Assembly: GCA_039028615.1 (NCBI GenBank)
Contig: JBCCHT010000042.1
Location: 43,701 to 107,700, forward strand
DNA length: 64,000 nt
DNA from: Myxococcota bacterium
Lineage (GTDB): Bacteria > Myxococcota_A > Polyangia > Nannocystales > Nannocystaceae
Direction of reading: 5' to 3'
Shown here in pieces: positions 28,031-38,166 of the stretch. A program made the translations under genes and the position numbers. Within the stretch, counting starts at the first letter, position 1. Each line of letters opens with the position of its first letter. The notes under the pieces were generated by a model. The model saw only the letters and a list, made by a program, of their open reading frames with translations, searched no databases and was not told where the DNA came from.

Positions 28031-29737
28031 ATGCATCGCCTGCTTCGACGCCAGCTCCGGCGGCACCTCGCGGAAGGGGAATCGCTCCCCGAGTCGGTCG
28101 AACGCCTGCTCGAGGCCGTCAGCGCGGCCTACGAGCAGTCCGACGACGATCGGCGCCTGCTCGAGCGCTCGCTCGAGCTCACCTCGCGCGAGCTCATGCA
28201 GCGCAATCGCGAGCTGCAAGCCGACGTCGAGGGGCGCGTCCGCGCCGAGCAGGCGCTGCGCGATCGCGAGGCCCAGACCCGGGCCATCCTCGCCGCCCTG
28301 CCCGACCTACTGCTCGTCGTCTCACCCCACGGCGAGGTCCGGGAGATCCACAGCGTTGGTCGCAGCTTCTTGCCCGAGCCGATCTCCGACCTCCAGGGGC
28401 GCCCGCTCGCCGAAGTCTTGCCCGCCCAGCTGCTCGGTCCGCTCGTCCCCGCCATCCGCGAGGCCACCGTCAGCCAGAAGCCTCAGCGCCTCGAGCTGAG
28501 CCTGTCCGAAGGCAACCGTCGCAAGCGCTACGAGGCTCGGCTCACCGTCAGCGTCGTGGGTGACGTCGTCATGCTCATCCGCGACCAGACCGAGCGCGTG
28601 CGCATGGTCGAGCGCCTGCGCGTCGCCGACCGCATGGCCTCCGTCGGCACCCTTGCCGCTGGCGTCGCCCACGAGCTCAACAACCCGCTCGCCTACGTGC
28701 TCGGCAACATCGAGCTCATGCGGCAGGAGCTCAACGAGCCCGCGCTCGATCGCGACGAGATGAACACCCTGGTCGCCGACGCCCTCGATGGCGCCCGACG
28801 GATGCGGACCATCACCCAGGACCTTCGAACGTTCTCGCAGCCCCACTCCGAAGTCGTCGAGTCCGTCGATCCCCGGGCCGTCATCGACTCCGCGCTCAAG
28901 ATGGCCGGCACCGAAATTCGCCACCGCGCCGTCCTGCGCCGCGAATACCGGAGCATTCCGCCCGTTCACGCCGAGGCCAGCAAGCTCGGCCAGGTCTTCC
29001 TCAACCTGGTGATCAATGCCGTGCAGGCGCTCCCCGTCGGCGAGGCCTCCTCCAACGAGATCGTCTTGCGCACCATGACCGACTCCGAGGGCTACGCCGT
29101 CGTCGAGGTCTGCGACACCGGGCCGGGCATCCCCGTCCACCTCCAGAGCCGGATCTTCGAGCCCTTCGTCACCTCCAAGCCTCGCGGCGTGGGGACTGGG
29201 CTCGGCCTGTCGATCTGCCACAACATCGTGACCTCGCTCGGCGGGCACATCTCCGTCCATCAGCGTCCCGATCGAGGGACCATCTTCCGCGTCCGCTTGC
29301 CCCCGAGCGGCAAGCCCATCTCTCGGCGGCGGCCCACCGCGGGCAACCTACCCATGATGCGCGATCGCACCGTCGCGCGGCAGCGGGTGCTCATCATCGA
29401 CGACGACAAAATGGTCGGCAACACCCTGCGGCGGCTGCTGTCCAATCGAGACGTGATGGTGGCTCGGAGTGGGCGCGAAGGGGTCGAGGTCTTGCGGGCG
29501 AACGATCAGTTCGACGTGGTGCTCTGCGATCTGATGATGCCGGAGATCTCAGGCATGGATGTGTACGACCTCGTCAATGCAGAGCGGCCGGATCTGGCGG
29601 CTCGGTTTGTCTTCATGACGGGGGGGGCGTTTACGGATCGGGCTCGGGCGTTCTTGGATAAGGTGGGGAATCCTCGCTTGGAGAAGCCCTTTGATGCGAA
29701 GACGTTGCATGCGGTCTTGGCGGGGGAGTATGGGTGA
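28031..29737 (+). CDS. Hybrid PAS histidine kinase-response regulator
   Basis: AHELNNPL H-box, N/G1/F/G2 boxes, receiver LIIDDD...CDLMMP...KPF. Confidence 0.93.
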   Translation: MHRLLRRQLRRHLAEGESLPESVERLLEAVSAAYEQSDDDRRLLERSLELTSRELMQRNRELQADVEGRVRAEQALRDREAQTRAILAALPDLLLVVSPHGEVREIHSVGRSFLPEPISDLQGRPLAEVLPAQLLGPLVPAIREATVSQKPQRLELSLSEGNRRKRYEARLTVSVVGDVVMLIRDQTERVRMVERLRVADRMASVGTLAAGVAHELNNPLAYVLGNIELMRQELNEPALDRDEMNTLVADALDGARRMRTITQDLRTFSQPHSEVVESVDPRAVIDSALKMAGTEIRHRAVLRREYRSIPPVHAEASKLGQVFLNLVINAVQALPVGEASSNEIVLRTMTDSEGYAVVEVCDTGPGIPVHLQSRIFEPFVTSKPRGVGTGLGLSICHNIVTSLGGHISVHQRPDRGTIFRVRLPPSGKPISRRRPTAGNLPMMRDRTVARQRVLIIDDDKMVGNTLRRLLSNRDVMVARSGREGVEVLRANDQFDVVLCDLMMPEISGMDVYDLVNAERPDLAARFVFMTGGAFTDRARAFLDKVGNPRLEKPFDAKTLHAVLAGEYG

Positions 29738-29819
29738 GGCGGGGTCTTTGTTTGTGTAAGTAGGGGGTTGTTCGAGGAGGGGAGTGTTTCGCGTGGGAGC
29801 CGAGAACCTTCGAGCGAAA

Positions 29820-29980
29820 GGCTCGCCTGTTGACGGCTGGAACCCTCCCCGGACGTGCTCGGCGGCCGTTTCAGCGGAGTGTTTCGAAACGGGTTCGGCG
29901 GCCGCCTCCGCGCGACCGGGTCCCCTCCATCCTACGCGGCTTCGCTTCAGCCCTCCCCGCACGCTTCCTCCCGTTCGGGG
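29820..29980 (-). repeat. Dispersed repeat family A, copy 2
   Basis: Reverse complement of the copy 1 core, between convergent genes. Confidence 0.93.
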
Positions 29981-30055
29981 GTAAGGGCGGATCTTGCTCC
30001 GCGAGCCCTCGCCGTTGGCAGGCCCGTCCACCCCTACGGGGACTCCGCGGCGACG

Positions 30056-31048
30056 CTACTTGTACTCGATGAGCCGACTTCGCTTGCCGCGAATCCGACC
30101 CATGTGGAACTTCAGTACGCCCTGCAGCTCCGCGAATCGTCCGACGGCGACGGAGACGGAGTACGCGGCGGCGTCTGCCCGGTTGCGTCCCGTCGATCGC
30201 TTGAGCTTGTAGACCTTCGCGACCGTGATCGGGTACCCGGCGAACAGGGCCAGGCTGGCGCCGAGGGTCGGTAGGGCGGCACCGATGGCGACGCCGGGGA
30301 GGACGGCGCCCCAAAACCAGATCCGTTGGTTTTCGCGGACCCAGTGCCGCGAGGGAGCTTCGCCGTGGATGGCTGCTCCTTCGGCGTAGGCATGGCCAGC
30401 GCGAACCGAGCGCTTCCACCATTGGCCGGCCTCGGTCATCGCCGCATCGTGCAGCGTCATCTCGTGATCGATGCGGTCGATGCGGTAGCCGACGTCTCGG
30501 TATCGCACGCACAGCTCGGGCTCTTCCCCCGCGATCAACGACGGGTCGTAGCGTCCTGCCTTTTCGAAGGCCTCGACCCGCATCATGGCATCGCCGCCGC
30601 AGGTGTAGGCCTCGCCCACGGGCGTGTCCCACTCGACGTCGATGATGCGGTTCCAGACGGTCGCGTCGGGGAAGCGCTCGCGCCTGCGGCCGCCGACGGC
30701 CGCGACGACCGGGTGTTGCTCGAGGTGATCGTGCGCCGACTCGAGCCAGCCATCGACGACCTCGCAGTCGCCGTCGACGAACTGCACGTAGCGCATGTCG
30801 GGCATCAGCTCGAGCAGTCGCTCGTAGCCCTCGTTGCGCGCGCGGGCCGCGGTGAAGGGCACCGACATGTCGAGTTCGAGGACCTCCGCCCCGATCTCTC
30901 GCGCCTTCTCGGCGCTGCCGTCGGTGGAGTTGGAGTCGACATAGACCACGTGCTGCACGCGGCCCACGAGCGACTTCAGACAGCGCACCAAACGCTCGCC
31001 CTCGTTGCGTCCAATGGCCACACAGCCGACGTCTTGGAGCTTCCCCAT
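30056..31048 (-). CDS. Glycosyltransferase family 2
   Basis: IGRNEG, VDSNSTD, ARARNEG, FVDGD, GEEPELC. Confidence 0.9.
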   Translation of the reverse strand: MGKLQDVGCVAIGRNEGERLVRCLKSLVGRVQHVVYVDSNSTDGSAEKAREIGAEVLELDMSVPFTAARARNEGYERLLELMPDMRYVQFVDGDCEVVDGWLESAHDHLEQHPVVAAVGGRRRERFPDATVWNRIIDVEWDTPVGEAYTCGGDAMMRVEAFEKAGRYDPSLIAGEEPELCVRYRDVGYRIDRIDHEMTLHDAAMTEAGQWWKRSVRAGHAYAEGAAIHGEAPSRHWVRENQRIWFWGAVLPGVAIGAALPTLGASLALFAGYPITVAKVYKLKRSTGRNRADAAAYSVSVAVGRFAELQGVLKFHMGRIRGKRSRLIEYK

Positions 31049-31181
31049 CGATGGCTTCTCCTGTTGGCTCGGGTGCGACCCGAGGGAAGCCAAAGTAGCA
31101 GAATGTCCGGGGGCGCGCGACGGCCCGGCCCACCCCGGTTGGCTCACGTGGTGGTATAGGCTCGGGGCAGCAGGTGCAGTG

Positions 31182-32192
31182 ATGTCCCGAGAGTTGTTCG
31201 AGCCCCATCCGATGACCGGCTATCGGTTCGTTCCCGGACTGCGCACGCGGGTCCCCCACGTGGGGGGCGGCTACGAGATCCAGTGCAACCGGGCCGGCTA
31301 TCGCTGCCGCCACGAGGTCACGCCGGACAAGCCCCCGGGGACCTTCCGCCTGCTGGTCTTCGGCGACGGCCACACCGCGGGCACCGGGGTCGACGGGGCC
31401 CAGCGCTTCACCGACCTGCTCGAGCGTCGTCTCGGCACCTACGTCCAGGTGCTCAATTTCGGCCTGCCCGGTTCTGGCACCGACCAGCAATTGCTGGCCT
31501 TCCGTCAGCACGGTCGCGAGATCGAGCACGACCTGCTGCTGCTGTGCCCTCAGGTCGAGAACATCCTGCGCAATCTCGAGTCGCACACCGTCGTCCCGTC
31601 GACGGACCTCGACGCCGAGACTCCCGCCGTCCGACCCAAGCCTCGCTTCACCCTCGAAGGCGACGAGCTCGTCCTGCATCCCCCGCCCGCCGACGACCCG
31701 GCCGAGCCTACCGAGCCCGAGCCCCCCGCTCTCGCCGAGCAAGATCCACCCCCGCTCGTCCGTGGTCTGCTCCGCCGGGTCACCGCCGAAGTCGAGAAAA
31801 AGGTGCCCGGCTTCCACGCCTTCTCCCGCCGCGTGCGAGGCGTCAGCTACCCCGAGCAGTACGCCGATCCCCATGATCCCGCCTGGCTGCTCATGAAGCG
31901 AATCCTGAGCACCTTCATCAGCGAAGCCCACGCCCCCGTCGTCCTGGCGCCCATCCCCACCTCGGCCCATGTCGAGGGCGGGCTCTCGGCCGACTCCTAC
32001 CTCACCCGCTTCGGCGAGCTCTCCGTCGAGGCTGGGTGCGAAATGGTGAACCTGCTCCCCATGTTCTTCGACGAGCCGAGAGCCGTCCGCCACCAGTGCC
32101 GCTTCGAGCAGGACCCGCGCCCCACCGCCAAGGGCCACACCCTCTTCGCCGACGGGCTACTCCCGCACCTCCGCCCCTACGTCGCCCGCTAG
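31182..32192 (+). CDS. SGNH-hydrolase-like protein (catalytic residues altered)
   Basis: N..GYR, LVFGDGHTAG, VLNFGLPGSGTDQ, DPRPTAKGH. Confidence 0.75.
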   Translation: MSRELFEPHPMTGYRFVPGLRTRVPHVGGGYEIQCNRAGYRCRHEVTPDKPPGTFRLLVFGDGHTAGTGVDGAQRFTDLLERRLGTYVQVLNFGLPGSGTDQQLLAFRQHGREIEHDLLLLCPQVENILRNLESHTVVPSTDLDAETPAVRPKPRFTLEGDELVLHPPPADDPAEPTEPEPPALAEQDPPPLVRGLLRRVTAEVEKKVPGFHAFSRRVRGVSYPEQYADPHDPAWLLMKRILSTFISEAHAPVVLAPIPTSAHVEGGLSADSYLTRFGELSVEAGCEMVNLLPMFFDEPRAVRHQCRFEQDPRPTAKGHTLFADGLLPHLRPYVAR

Positions 32193-32247
32193 CTCCGTTT
32201 CCGGCCACCCGGCGACCGGAGAGGCGTCATCATCGCAGGCCGGGGCC

Positions 32248-32293
32248 CAGCAGGCCCCGTGCACCGCAGCGGGCAGAGGCCTACGAGCAATCC
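32248..32293 (+). repeat. Dispersed repeat family B, copy 1
   Basis: CAGCAGGCCCCGTGCACCGCAGCGGGC...ACGAG..TCC matches 63949-63993. Confidence 0.6.
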
Positions 32294-32322
32294 TGTCCAA
32301 CCACCGTAGAACCCCCGGAGCG

Positions 32323-34335
32323 TCAGCCTTTGACGTGCTCATCGAACCAATCGAGAAACCGATTCGCAAAGTCGATCTGGTGCGCCCGCTCCCCGAGCCC
32401 ATGTCCTTCGCGAGGATAGAGCACCAGCTCCGTCTCGGTCCCCGCATACCGAAGCGCCCGATAGAGTTCCTTACCCTGACCCGGCGGAACCCGCGTGTCT
32501 TCCTGACCGTGCACCACGAGCGTCGCGGTGGTGCTCCCCTGCGTATTGGCCATGGGCGAGCGCTCCCACGCCAGCGCATGATGCTCGTAGGGCCACAGGT
32601 TCCAGTGCACGAGCGAGTTCTCGTGCTCGATCTCGGAGGTCCCGGTGAAGGAGATCCAGTTGGTGATGGCCGCCCCGACCATGGCCGCCTTGAAGCGCTT
32701 GGAGTACTTGGTCGCGGCGATGCCCGAGAAGTAGCCGCCGTAGCTCCAGCCGCCCATGCCCACGCGAGCTTCGTCGACGAGGCCCTCGGCGACGAGGTGA
32801 TCGATCCCCGCGAGGACGTCCTCGAATTCCTTGCCGCCGAGATCACCATGGTCGGCCTTGCCGAAGGCGACGCCGCGGCCCTGGGAGCCGCGGTAGTTGG
32901 GCTCGAGGACGACGTAGCCACGGGTGGCGAACAGCTGGGTGGGGTAGCCGGAGCGCGTGTTGAAGCCGTTGAGGGTGATGCCCTCGGGGCCGCCGTGCAC
33001 GAGGACGGCGAGGGGATAGCGGGTGCCCTCGGCGTAGTCGACCGGGAGGGTCAGCACGCCCTCGATGACGGTGCCGTCGGCGGCCTTCCACTCGATGACG
33101 CGGCGCTCGCCGAGGCGCTTGGTGTCGAGCTCGGGGTTGCTGTTGGTGCGACGCCGTAGCGAGCTGGAGCCGCCCGCGTAGACTTCGCGCGCATGCTCGG
33201 GTCGCTCCCCTGCACACGCGAAGGTCTTTCCGTTGCGGGTGGCATCGGCCACGCGACATACGGGGGTGTTGATCTTCTCCCCGCTCATCACCCCACGGAT
33301 GGTGATGCGATGAAAGGCGGTCTGGGTGCCCTTGTTGGAGAGCATGGCCATGTCGTCGACCCCGATCCACCGGAACCACTGGCCCGTGCCTTCGTAGTCG
33401 GCGGTGAGCGCCTTGGCGGTGCCGCCTTCGGCGGGCACGAGGTGCAGGACGCCCGCGGTGGGGTCGGAGATGTCGACGGCGCCCAAGAAGGCGATGTGCT
33501 CCCCCTTGGGCGACCACTCGATGTGGCCGAGCTTGCCCGCGGTGTCGCAGAGCTTGGACAGCTCGCCGCCCTCGGCGGAGATCGTGTGCAAGCGGCTGTA
33601 CATCATCACCGCGTCGATGTCGGCGCGCTCGTTGGTCTGCACGGCGAGGCGCTCACCGTCGGGGGACCAGGCCATCTGGACGATGTGGATGTCGGCCGGG
33701 CTGATGGCCTTGGATTCCCCGGAGCGCAGGTTCTTGATCCACAGCCGTCGCGCGGTGCCGTGGACGTCGCCGATGTGCCAGTCACGGCCCTCTTTGCGGT
33801 CGCGCTTCTCCTTGCTGCTGGGCACGCGGTCGGCGAGGTAGGCGATGCGCTTGCCCTTGGGGCCCCATGCGAAGGACCGCACGCTGAAGGTGTCTTCGGT
33901 GAGCGCCTCCGCTTCGCCGCCGTCGATGGGCACGGCGTAGACCTGGGTGTGGCGGGAGCCGGGGCGTCGTGAGAGGAAGGCGATGCGCTTGCCGTTGGGA
34001 GACCACTCGGGCGAGCGGGCGTTCGATCCGGCGCTGGTGTAGGCGCGTGGCGTGCCGCCGCGGACGGGTACGACCCAGATCTGGCTGCGCATGTGTGCGG
34101 GGCCCTCGAGCGAGTCGGCGGGAATGCGGAGGACGTAGGCGATGCTCTTGCCGTCGGGGGACAGGGCGACGTCGGAGACGTACTGGAGGTCGACGACGGT
34201 CTCGACGTCGAGCAGGTCGGTGCGGGCCGGGCTGGCTGCGAGCGCGGGGGCGGTAGTCGGAACGGTGGCGGCACTCGCGGGGGAGGCACAACCCCAAAGG
34301 AGCGAAGCGAGCGCGAACGTGGAGAGCCTACGCAT
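32323..34335 (-). CDS. S9 family dipeptidyl/acylaminoacyl peptidase lipoprotein
   Basis: WD40/PD40-like repeats (SPDGK, WSPNGK), HGGP, NYRGS, GWSYGG, HGQEDTRV, EGH. Confidence 0.93.
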   Translation of the reverse strand: MRRLSTFALASLLWGCASPASAATVPTTAPALAASPARTDLLDVETVVDLQYVSDVALSPDGKSIAYVLRIPADSLEGPAHMRSQIWVVPVRGGTPRAYTSAGSNARSPEWSPNGKRIAFLSRRPGSRHTQVYAVPIDGGEAEALTEDTFSVRSFAWGPKGKRIAYLADRVPSSKEKRDRKEGRDWHIGDVHGTARRLWIKNLRSGESKAISPADIHIVQMAWSPDGERLAVQTNERADIDAVMMYSRLHTISAEGGELSKLCDTAGKLGHIEWSPKGEHIAFLGAVDISDPTAGVLHLVPAEGGTAKALTADYEGTGQWFRWIGVDDMAMLSNKGTQTAFHRITIRGVMSGEKINTPVCRVADATRNGKTFACAGERPEHAREVYAGGSSSLRRRTNSNPELDTKRLGERRVIEWKAADGTVIEGVLTLPVDYAEGTRYPLAVLVHGGPEGITLNGFNTRSGYPTQLFATRGYVVLEPNYRGSQGRGVAFGKADHGDLGGKEFEDVLAGIDHLVAEGLVDEARVGMGGWSYGGYFSGIAATKYSKRFKAAMVGAAITNWISFTGTSEIEHENSLVHWNLWPYEHHALAWERSPMANTQGSTTATLVVHGQEDTRVPPGQGKELYRALRYAGTETELVLYPREGHGLGERAHQIDFANRFLDWFDEHVKG

Positions 34336-34411
34336 GAGAGGCGGACCATACCGCGGGGTCACGGCGGTGTCCGGCCCCTGTTATCGTGGGGCGCGTTCGC
34401 GGCACCCGCCC

Positions 34412-37400
34412 ATGCCCGAGGACACCACCAAAGTCGACGACTGGGTTTTCCAGCCGACCGTCGCCGAGCCGCCCGGAGCCGTGGCGGCGCGTGATGCCGA
34501 TGCGCGCGAGGCTTCCCGCGTGCAGGGCACGGCCGGCAACACACCGCACGACGCACAGCCGGACGAGACCGACCCCGAGCTCCTCGGGCGCTTCAAGATC
34601 ATCGGTCGCCTCGGTCGGGGCGGGATGGGCACGGTGCTCGAGGGCTACGACGAGACCCTCGATCGGCGGGTTGCGGTCAAGCAGCTGCACGCAGACGCGG
34701 GGCGAAGCCACCGCCGTCGGCTCTTGCGAGAGGCGCAGGCGCTGGCTCGGCTCTCGCATCCCAACGTGGTGCAGGTCTACGACGCAGGCGAGCAGGACGG
34801 CCGCCTGTTCATCGCGATGGAGCTGGTGCCCGGCCAGACGCTGTGGGAGTGGCAACGCACGCCCCAGCCGTGGCTCGAGTGCCTGCGCGTGTACACGGAG
34901 GCGGCACGCGGACTCGCGGCCGCGCACGCGGAGGGCATCGTCCACCGCGACTTCAAGCCGGCCAACTGCATCATCGGCGACGACGGACGCGTGACGGTGC
35001 TCGACTTCGGCCTGGCCCGCGGCATCGACGATGACGATGACGACTCGCAGGTCCAGACGCTCACGCGGCCCGGCGAGGGCAAGACGGGCCTGCTGGCGGC
35101 CGCGGCGGGCGAGACCAAGGTCGAGACCGGCGCCGACCTGCCGCCCCCGAAGCCGGAGCCGAAACCCCTCGTTCCGGGCAACACCGCCTTCGATTCGGAG
35201 GTCGCCACGCTGCCCCGCACGCCGCCGTCGGCGGGGGGAACGAAGCGACGTCCCACCGATTCCAATAGCGCGCTGTCGCAGCGCCTGACTCGGACGGGGG
35301 CGCTGCTGGGAACGCCGGCCTACATGGCGCCCGAGCAGGCGGCGGGGCTGCTGCCCGATGCGCGCAGCGATCAATTCAGCCTGTGCGTGGCGCTGTTCGA
35401 GGCGCTGTTCGGAGAGCGGCCCTACGGGAGCAGCCCGGGCATGGCGTTGTTGGTCGACGAAGAGCCGACCCTGGTCATCCCCAAGACGCGCCCCGGATTG
35501 CCCGCGGTGCCGGGGTGGCTGAAGGCGGCCCTCACCCGAGGCCTGCACAGAGACAAGGACGAGCGCTTTCCCAACATGAACGCGCTGATCGCCACGCTGC
35601 GCCGCGGGCAACGACAGCGACGGCGACGACGGCTGGCGCTGGCGCTGGCCGGGGTGGGGGCATTGATGACCGCGGGGGTGGTGGCCTCGGCCCGCGAGGC
35701 GCCCTGCGAGGGCATGCGCGACGCGGGGATCGTGGCCTGGGATCAGCAGCGTGCCAACGTACGCGAGGCTCTGCAAGCGCAGGGGGGCGAAGATGCGGGG
35801 TCGATCTGGACGGCCACCGAGCGCGGGCTCGACGAGTACACGCGGGCGTGGAGCGAGGCCCGAGCGCGGGCCTGCGAGGCGACCCATGTGGAGCGCGTGG
35901 CGAGCGTGGAGCGACTCGAGCGTCGCACCGCGTGCCTCGATGGTCGTGCGATGCGAGTGCAGGCGACGGTGGAGCAGCTCGCGGAGGCCGATGCGATGGT
36001 GGCCGCCCACGCAGCCCAGGCGGTGCGCTCGTTGCCGCGGATCGAGCCCTGTCTCGACATCGAGCCGGGCGGGCCACCTCCGCTGCCCGAAGCGCTCACC
36101 GCCGACGCCGAGCAGGTGCATCGATTGATCGCTCGCTCGTGGGCCTTCGATGCCACCGGCCGTGCGGCGCGAGGCCTCGATGCCGCCGAGGCGGCGGTGC
36201 TCCAGGCGATCGCGCTGGGCGACGCGGGGGCGCCGTTGCGAGCAGAGACCCAGCACAACCGAGGTCGGCTCTATCGCGCGGTCGGTCGGCTCTCCGAGGC
36301 GCGACGCGACCTCGAGGCGGTGGTCGAGCAGGCGGAGCTGTCGAACGATCAATCGCTGGCCATCGAGGCGCTGCGGACCTTGCTGATGGTGGCGCTCGAC
36401 GAGGCCGATCGCTCGGCCGCCGCAGCGTGGATCACCGTGGTGCAGGGCAAGCTGCGACGCTCGGCCACACATCGGCCACGCCATCAAGCGGAGCTGAACT
36501 ACCTGCGGGGTCTGCTCGCGCTGCACGATCAGAACTACGACGACGCGTCCGAGTCGCTCGAGGCGGCCACGAAGGCGTTCGACGAGCTGGGCGCCGATGC
36601 GACCCTGGCCAAGGGCCAGGCACTGCTGAAGCTGGCGATCGCCCGCGGCTACTTGCACGACGACACCCGGGCGGGACAGACCTTCGAAGAGGCCCTGTCG
36701 TTGGCCGAGCGCGAGGGCTTGCGGCCGCTGACCGCCGAGGTCCTGCACGAGCAGGGCCGCTACCACGAGCAGCAGGGGCGACACGACGAGGCCGAGACCG
36801 TGCTGCGACGGGCACTGGCGCTGGAGGTCGGTTTCGACGGCCCCAACTCGCCGGTCACCATTCGCACCCGCACCGTGCTCGCCCGCATGCTGTCGCGCCG
36901 CGGCGAGCTCGACGAGGCTCAGCGCCTGGTCGAGGCCGCCCGCAAGAGCCTGGGCCCCTCGGTCTCTGCGCGGAGTCGGGCTCAGGTCATGACGCTGCTC
37001 GCCAGCGTCGTGCGCATGAAGGGCGAGTGGGAAGTGGCGCTCGGCCACTACCGCCGCGCCCACGAGGCCTGGTCGAGCCTGTCCTCGCCCGACGAGATCG
37101 AGCTGGCCATGCTCGACACCTCGATGGCCGACTGCATGATGATGATGGGCCACAACGACGCCGCCAAGGCCCGCTACGAGACGGCGATCCAGATCCTCAA
37201 GGTGCGTGCGGCCGACGATGACCCGCGGCACGTCTACCCGCTCTTCGGATTGGGCCACGCGCTCGTCGAGCTGGGCGATCAGCCCGGCGCCGTCGATGCC
37301 TATCGCCGGGCGCAAGCCATCCAGGCGGGTGTCGGTGAAAACCCGGAGCTGAGCGCCATACTGCGTTGGGAGCTGGGTCGAACGGTGCTCGGCCTCGATT

Positions 37401-37549
37401 CGAGCACCGATCTCGAACGGGCCGAGGCCACTCGACACGTCGCGGCGGCACGAGAGTATTATCGGAGCATCGACGACGCGGACATGGTGGCTGAGATCGA
37501 CGCCTTCGTGTCCAAACGCGATCAACCCCAACCGGATCAACAACGATGA
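34412..37549 (+). CDS. Ser/Thr protein kinase with TM helix and TPR region
   Basis: LGRGGMG, HRDFKPAN, DFG, GTPAYMAPEQ; helical TPR-like C-terminal half. Confidence 0.92.
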   Translation: MPEDTTKVDDWVFQPTVAEPPGAVAARDADAREASRVQGTAGNTPHDAQPDETDPELLGRFKIIGRLGRGGMGTVLEGYDETLDRRVAVKQLHADAGRSHRRRLLREAQALARLSHPNVVQVYDAGEQDGRLFIAMELVPGQTLWEWQRTPQPWLECLRVYTEAARGLAAAHAEGIVHRDFKPANCIIGDDGRVTVLDFGLARGIDDDDDDSQVQTLTRPGEGKTGLLAAAAGETKVETGADLPPPKPEPKPLVPGNTAFDSEVATLPRTPPSAGGTKRRPTDSNSALSQRLTRTGALLGTPAYMAPEQAAGLLPDARSDQFSLCVALFEALFGERPYGSSPGMALLVDEEPTLVIPKTRPGLPAVPGWLKAALTRGLHRDKDERFPNMNALIATLRRGQRQRRRRRLALALAGVGALMTAGVVASAREAPCEGMRDAGIVAWDQQRANVREALQAQGGEDAGSIWTATERGLDEYTRAWSEARARACEATHVERVASVERLERRTACLDGRAMRVQATVEQLAEADAMVAAHAAQAVRSLPRIEPCLDIEPGGPPPLPEALTADAEQVHRLIARSWAFDATGRAARGLDAAEAAVLQAIALGDAGAPLRAETQHNRGRLYRAVGRLSEARRDLEAVVEQAELSNDQSLAIEALRTLLMVALDEADRSAAAAWITVVQGKLRRSATHRPRHQAELNYLRGLLALHDQNYDDASESLEAATKAFDELGADATLAKGQALLKLAIARGYLHDDTRAGQTFEEALSLAEREGLRPLTAEVLHEQGRYHEQQGRHDEAETVLRRALALEVGFDGPNSPVTIRTRTVLARMLSRRGELDEAQRLVEAARKSLGPSVSARSRAQVMTLLASVVRMKGEWEVALGHYRRAHEAWSSLSSPDEIELAMLDTSMADCMMMMGHNDAAKARYETAIQILKVRAADDDPRHVYPLFGLGHALVELGDQPGAVDAYRRAQAIQAGVGENPELSAILRWELGRTVLGLDSSTDLERAEATRHVAAAREYYRSIDDADMVAEIDAFVSKRDQPQPDQQR

Positions 37550-37875
37550 AGACCATCTACATCCACGGCAGCGACGACGGAATCAAATGGGGCGAGGATG
37601 GCGGCAGCGCGTCCTTGAAGAACGACTCGTCCTCGTGGGGCGAGGGCGTCGAGTTTCGCCAGCACCCCAGCTCGGAAAAAGACGTGTACGTCGCCTCGAG
37701 CGGCAGTGACGTTCACTTCTCCCTCGACAAGACCGACGCGGATTCCTCGCTCGGCAGCGGCCCCGTCGAGATGAAGCCGAGCTCCGATCAGTCCGTGGTC
37801 CTCCAAGAAGACACCAGCGCCGCGCAGGCCACCAAGCGGGGCAAGCGTTGGTACAGCGGGTATGTACAGTCGTAG
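37546..37875 (+). CDS. Hypothetical 109-aa protein
   Basis: ATGA overlap with kinase stop; coding-like codon bias. Confidence 0.7.
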   Translation: MKTIYIHGSDDGIKWGEDGGSASLKNDSSSWGEGVEFRQHPSSEKDVYVASSGSDVHFSLDKTDADSSLGSGPVEMKPSSDQSVVLQEDTSAAQATKRGKRWYSGYVQS

Positions 37876-38139
37876 CCGCTGCTGGCAACAGTAGCTGCCA
37901 CTCACGACCGCAGGTCGGGCCGAATCCGCACGTTTGGCTCGACCTGTTTGCAATTTCGGTAGGGGCTCCCGCACTTCGACAAAGGGAACCCTTCATCGAT
38001 ATTTTTTTGTTCACGAGTTGAAGAAATTCGAGAGCGGTGGCGACTCCTGTGTTGAGGGCCGGGCGTCATGAATCACCGGCCGAGTCCTCACCCCAACCCG
38101 CGGGCAACCCCATCAAACACGCCCGCTTCCCCATCCTCT

Positions 38140-38166
38140 GAGGGCGCCGCATTTCGCGGCGCCCTC
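38140..38166. other. Perfect 11-bp hairpin in intergenic region
   Basis: GAGGGCGCCGC-ATTTC-GCGGCGCCCTC. Confidence 0.6.

Noticed and set aside
34328..37543. Long antisense ORFs (e.g. 34328..37543 -, 55003..58359 -, 2478..5309 +, most of 11101..13662 -)
   Set aside because: Shadow frames of real high-GC genes on the opposite strand; no motifs.
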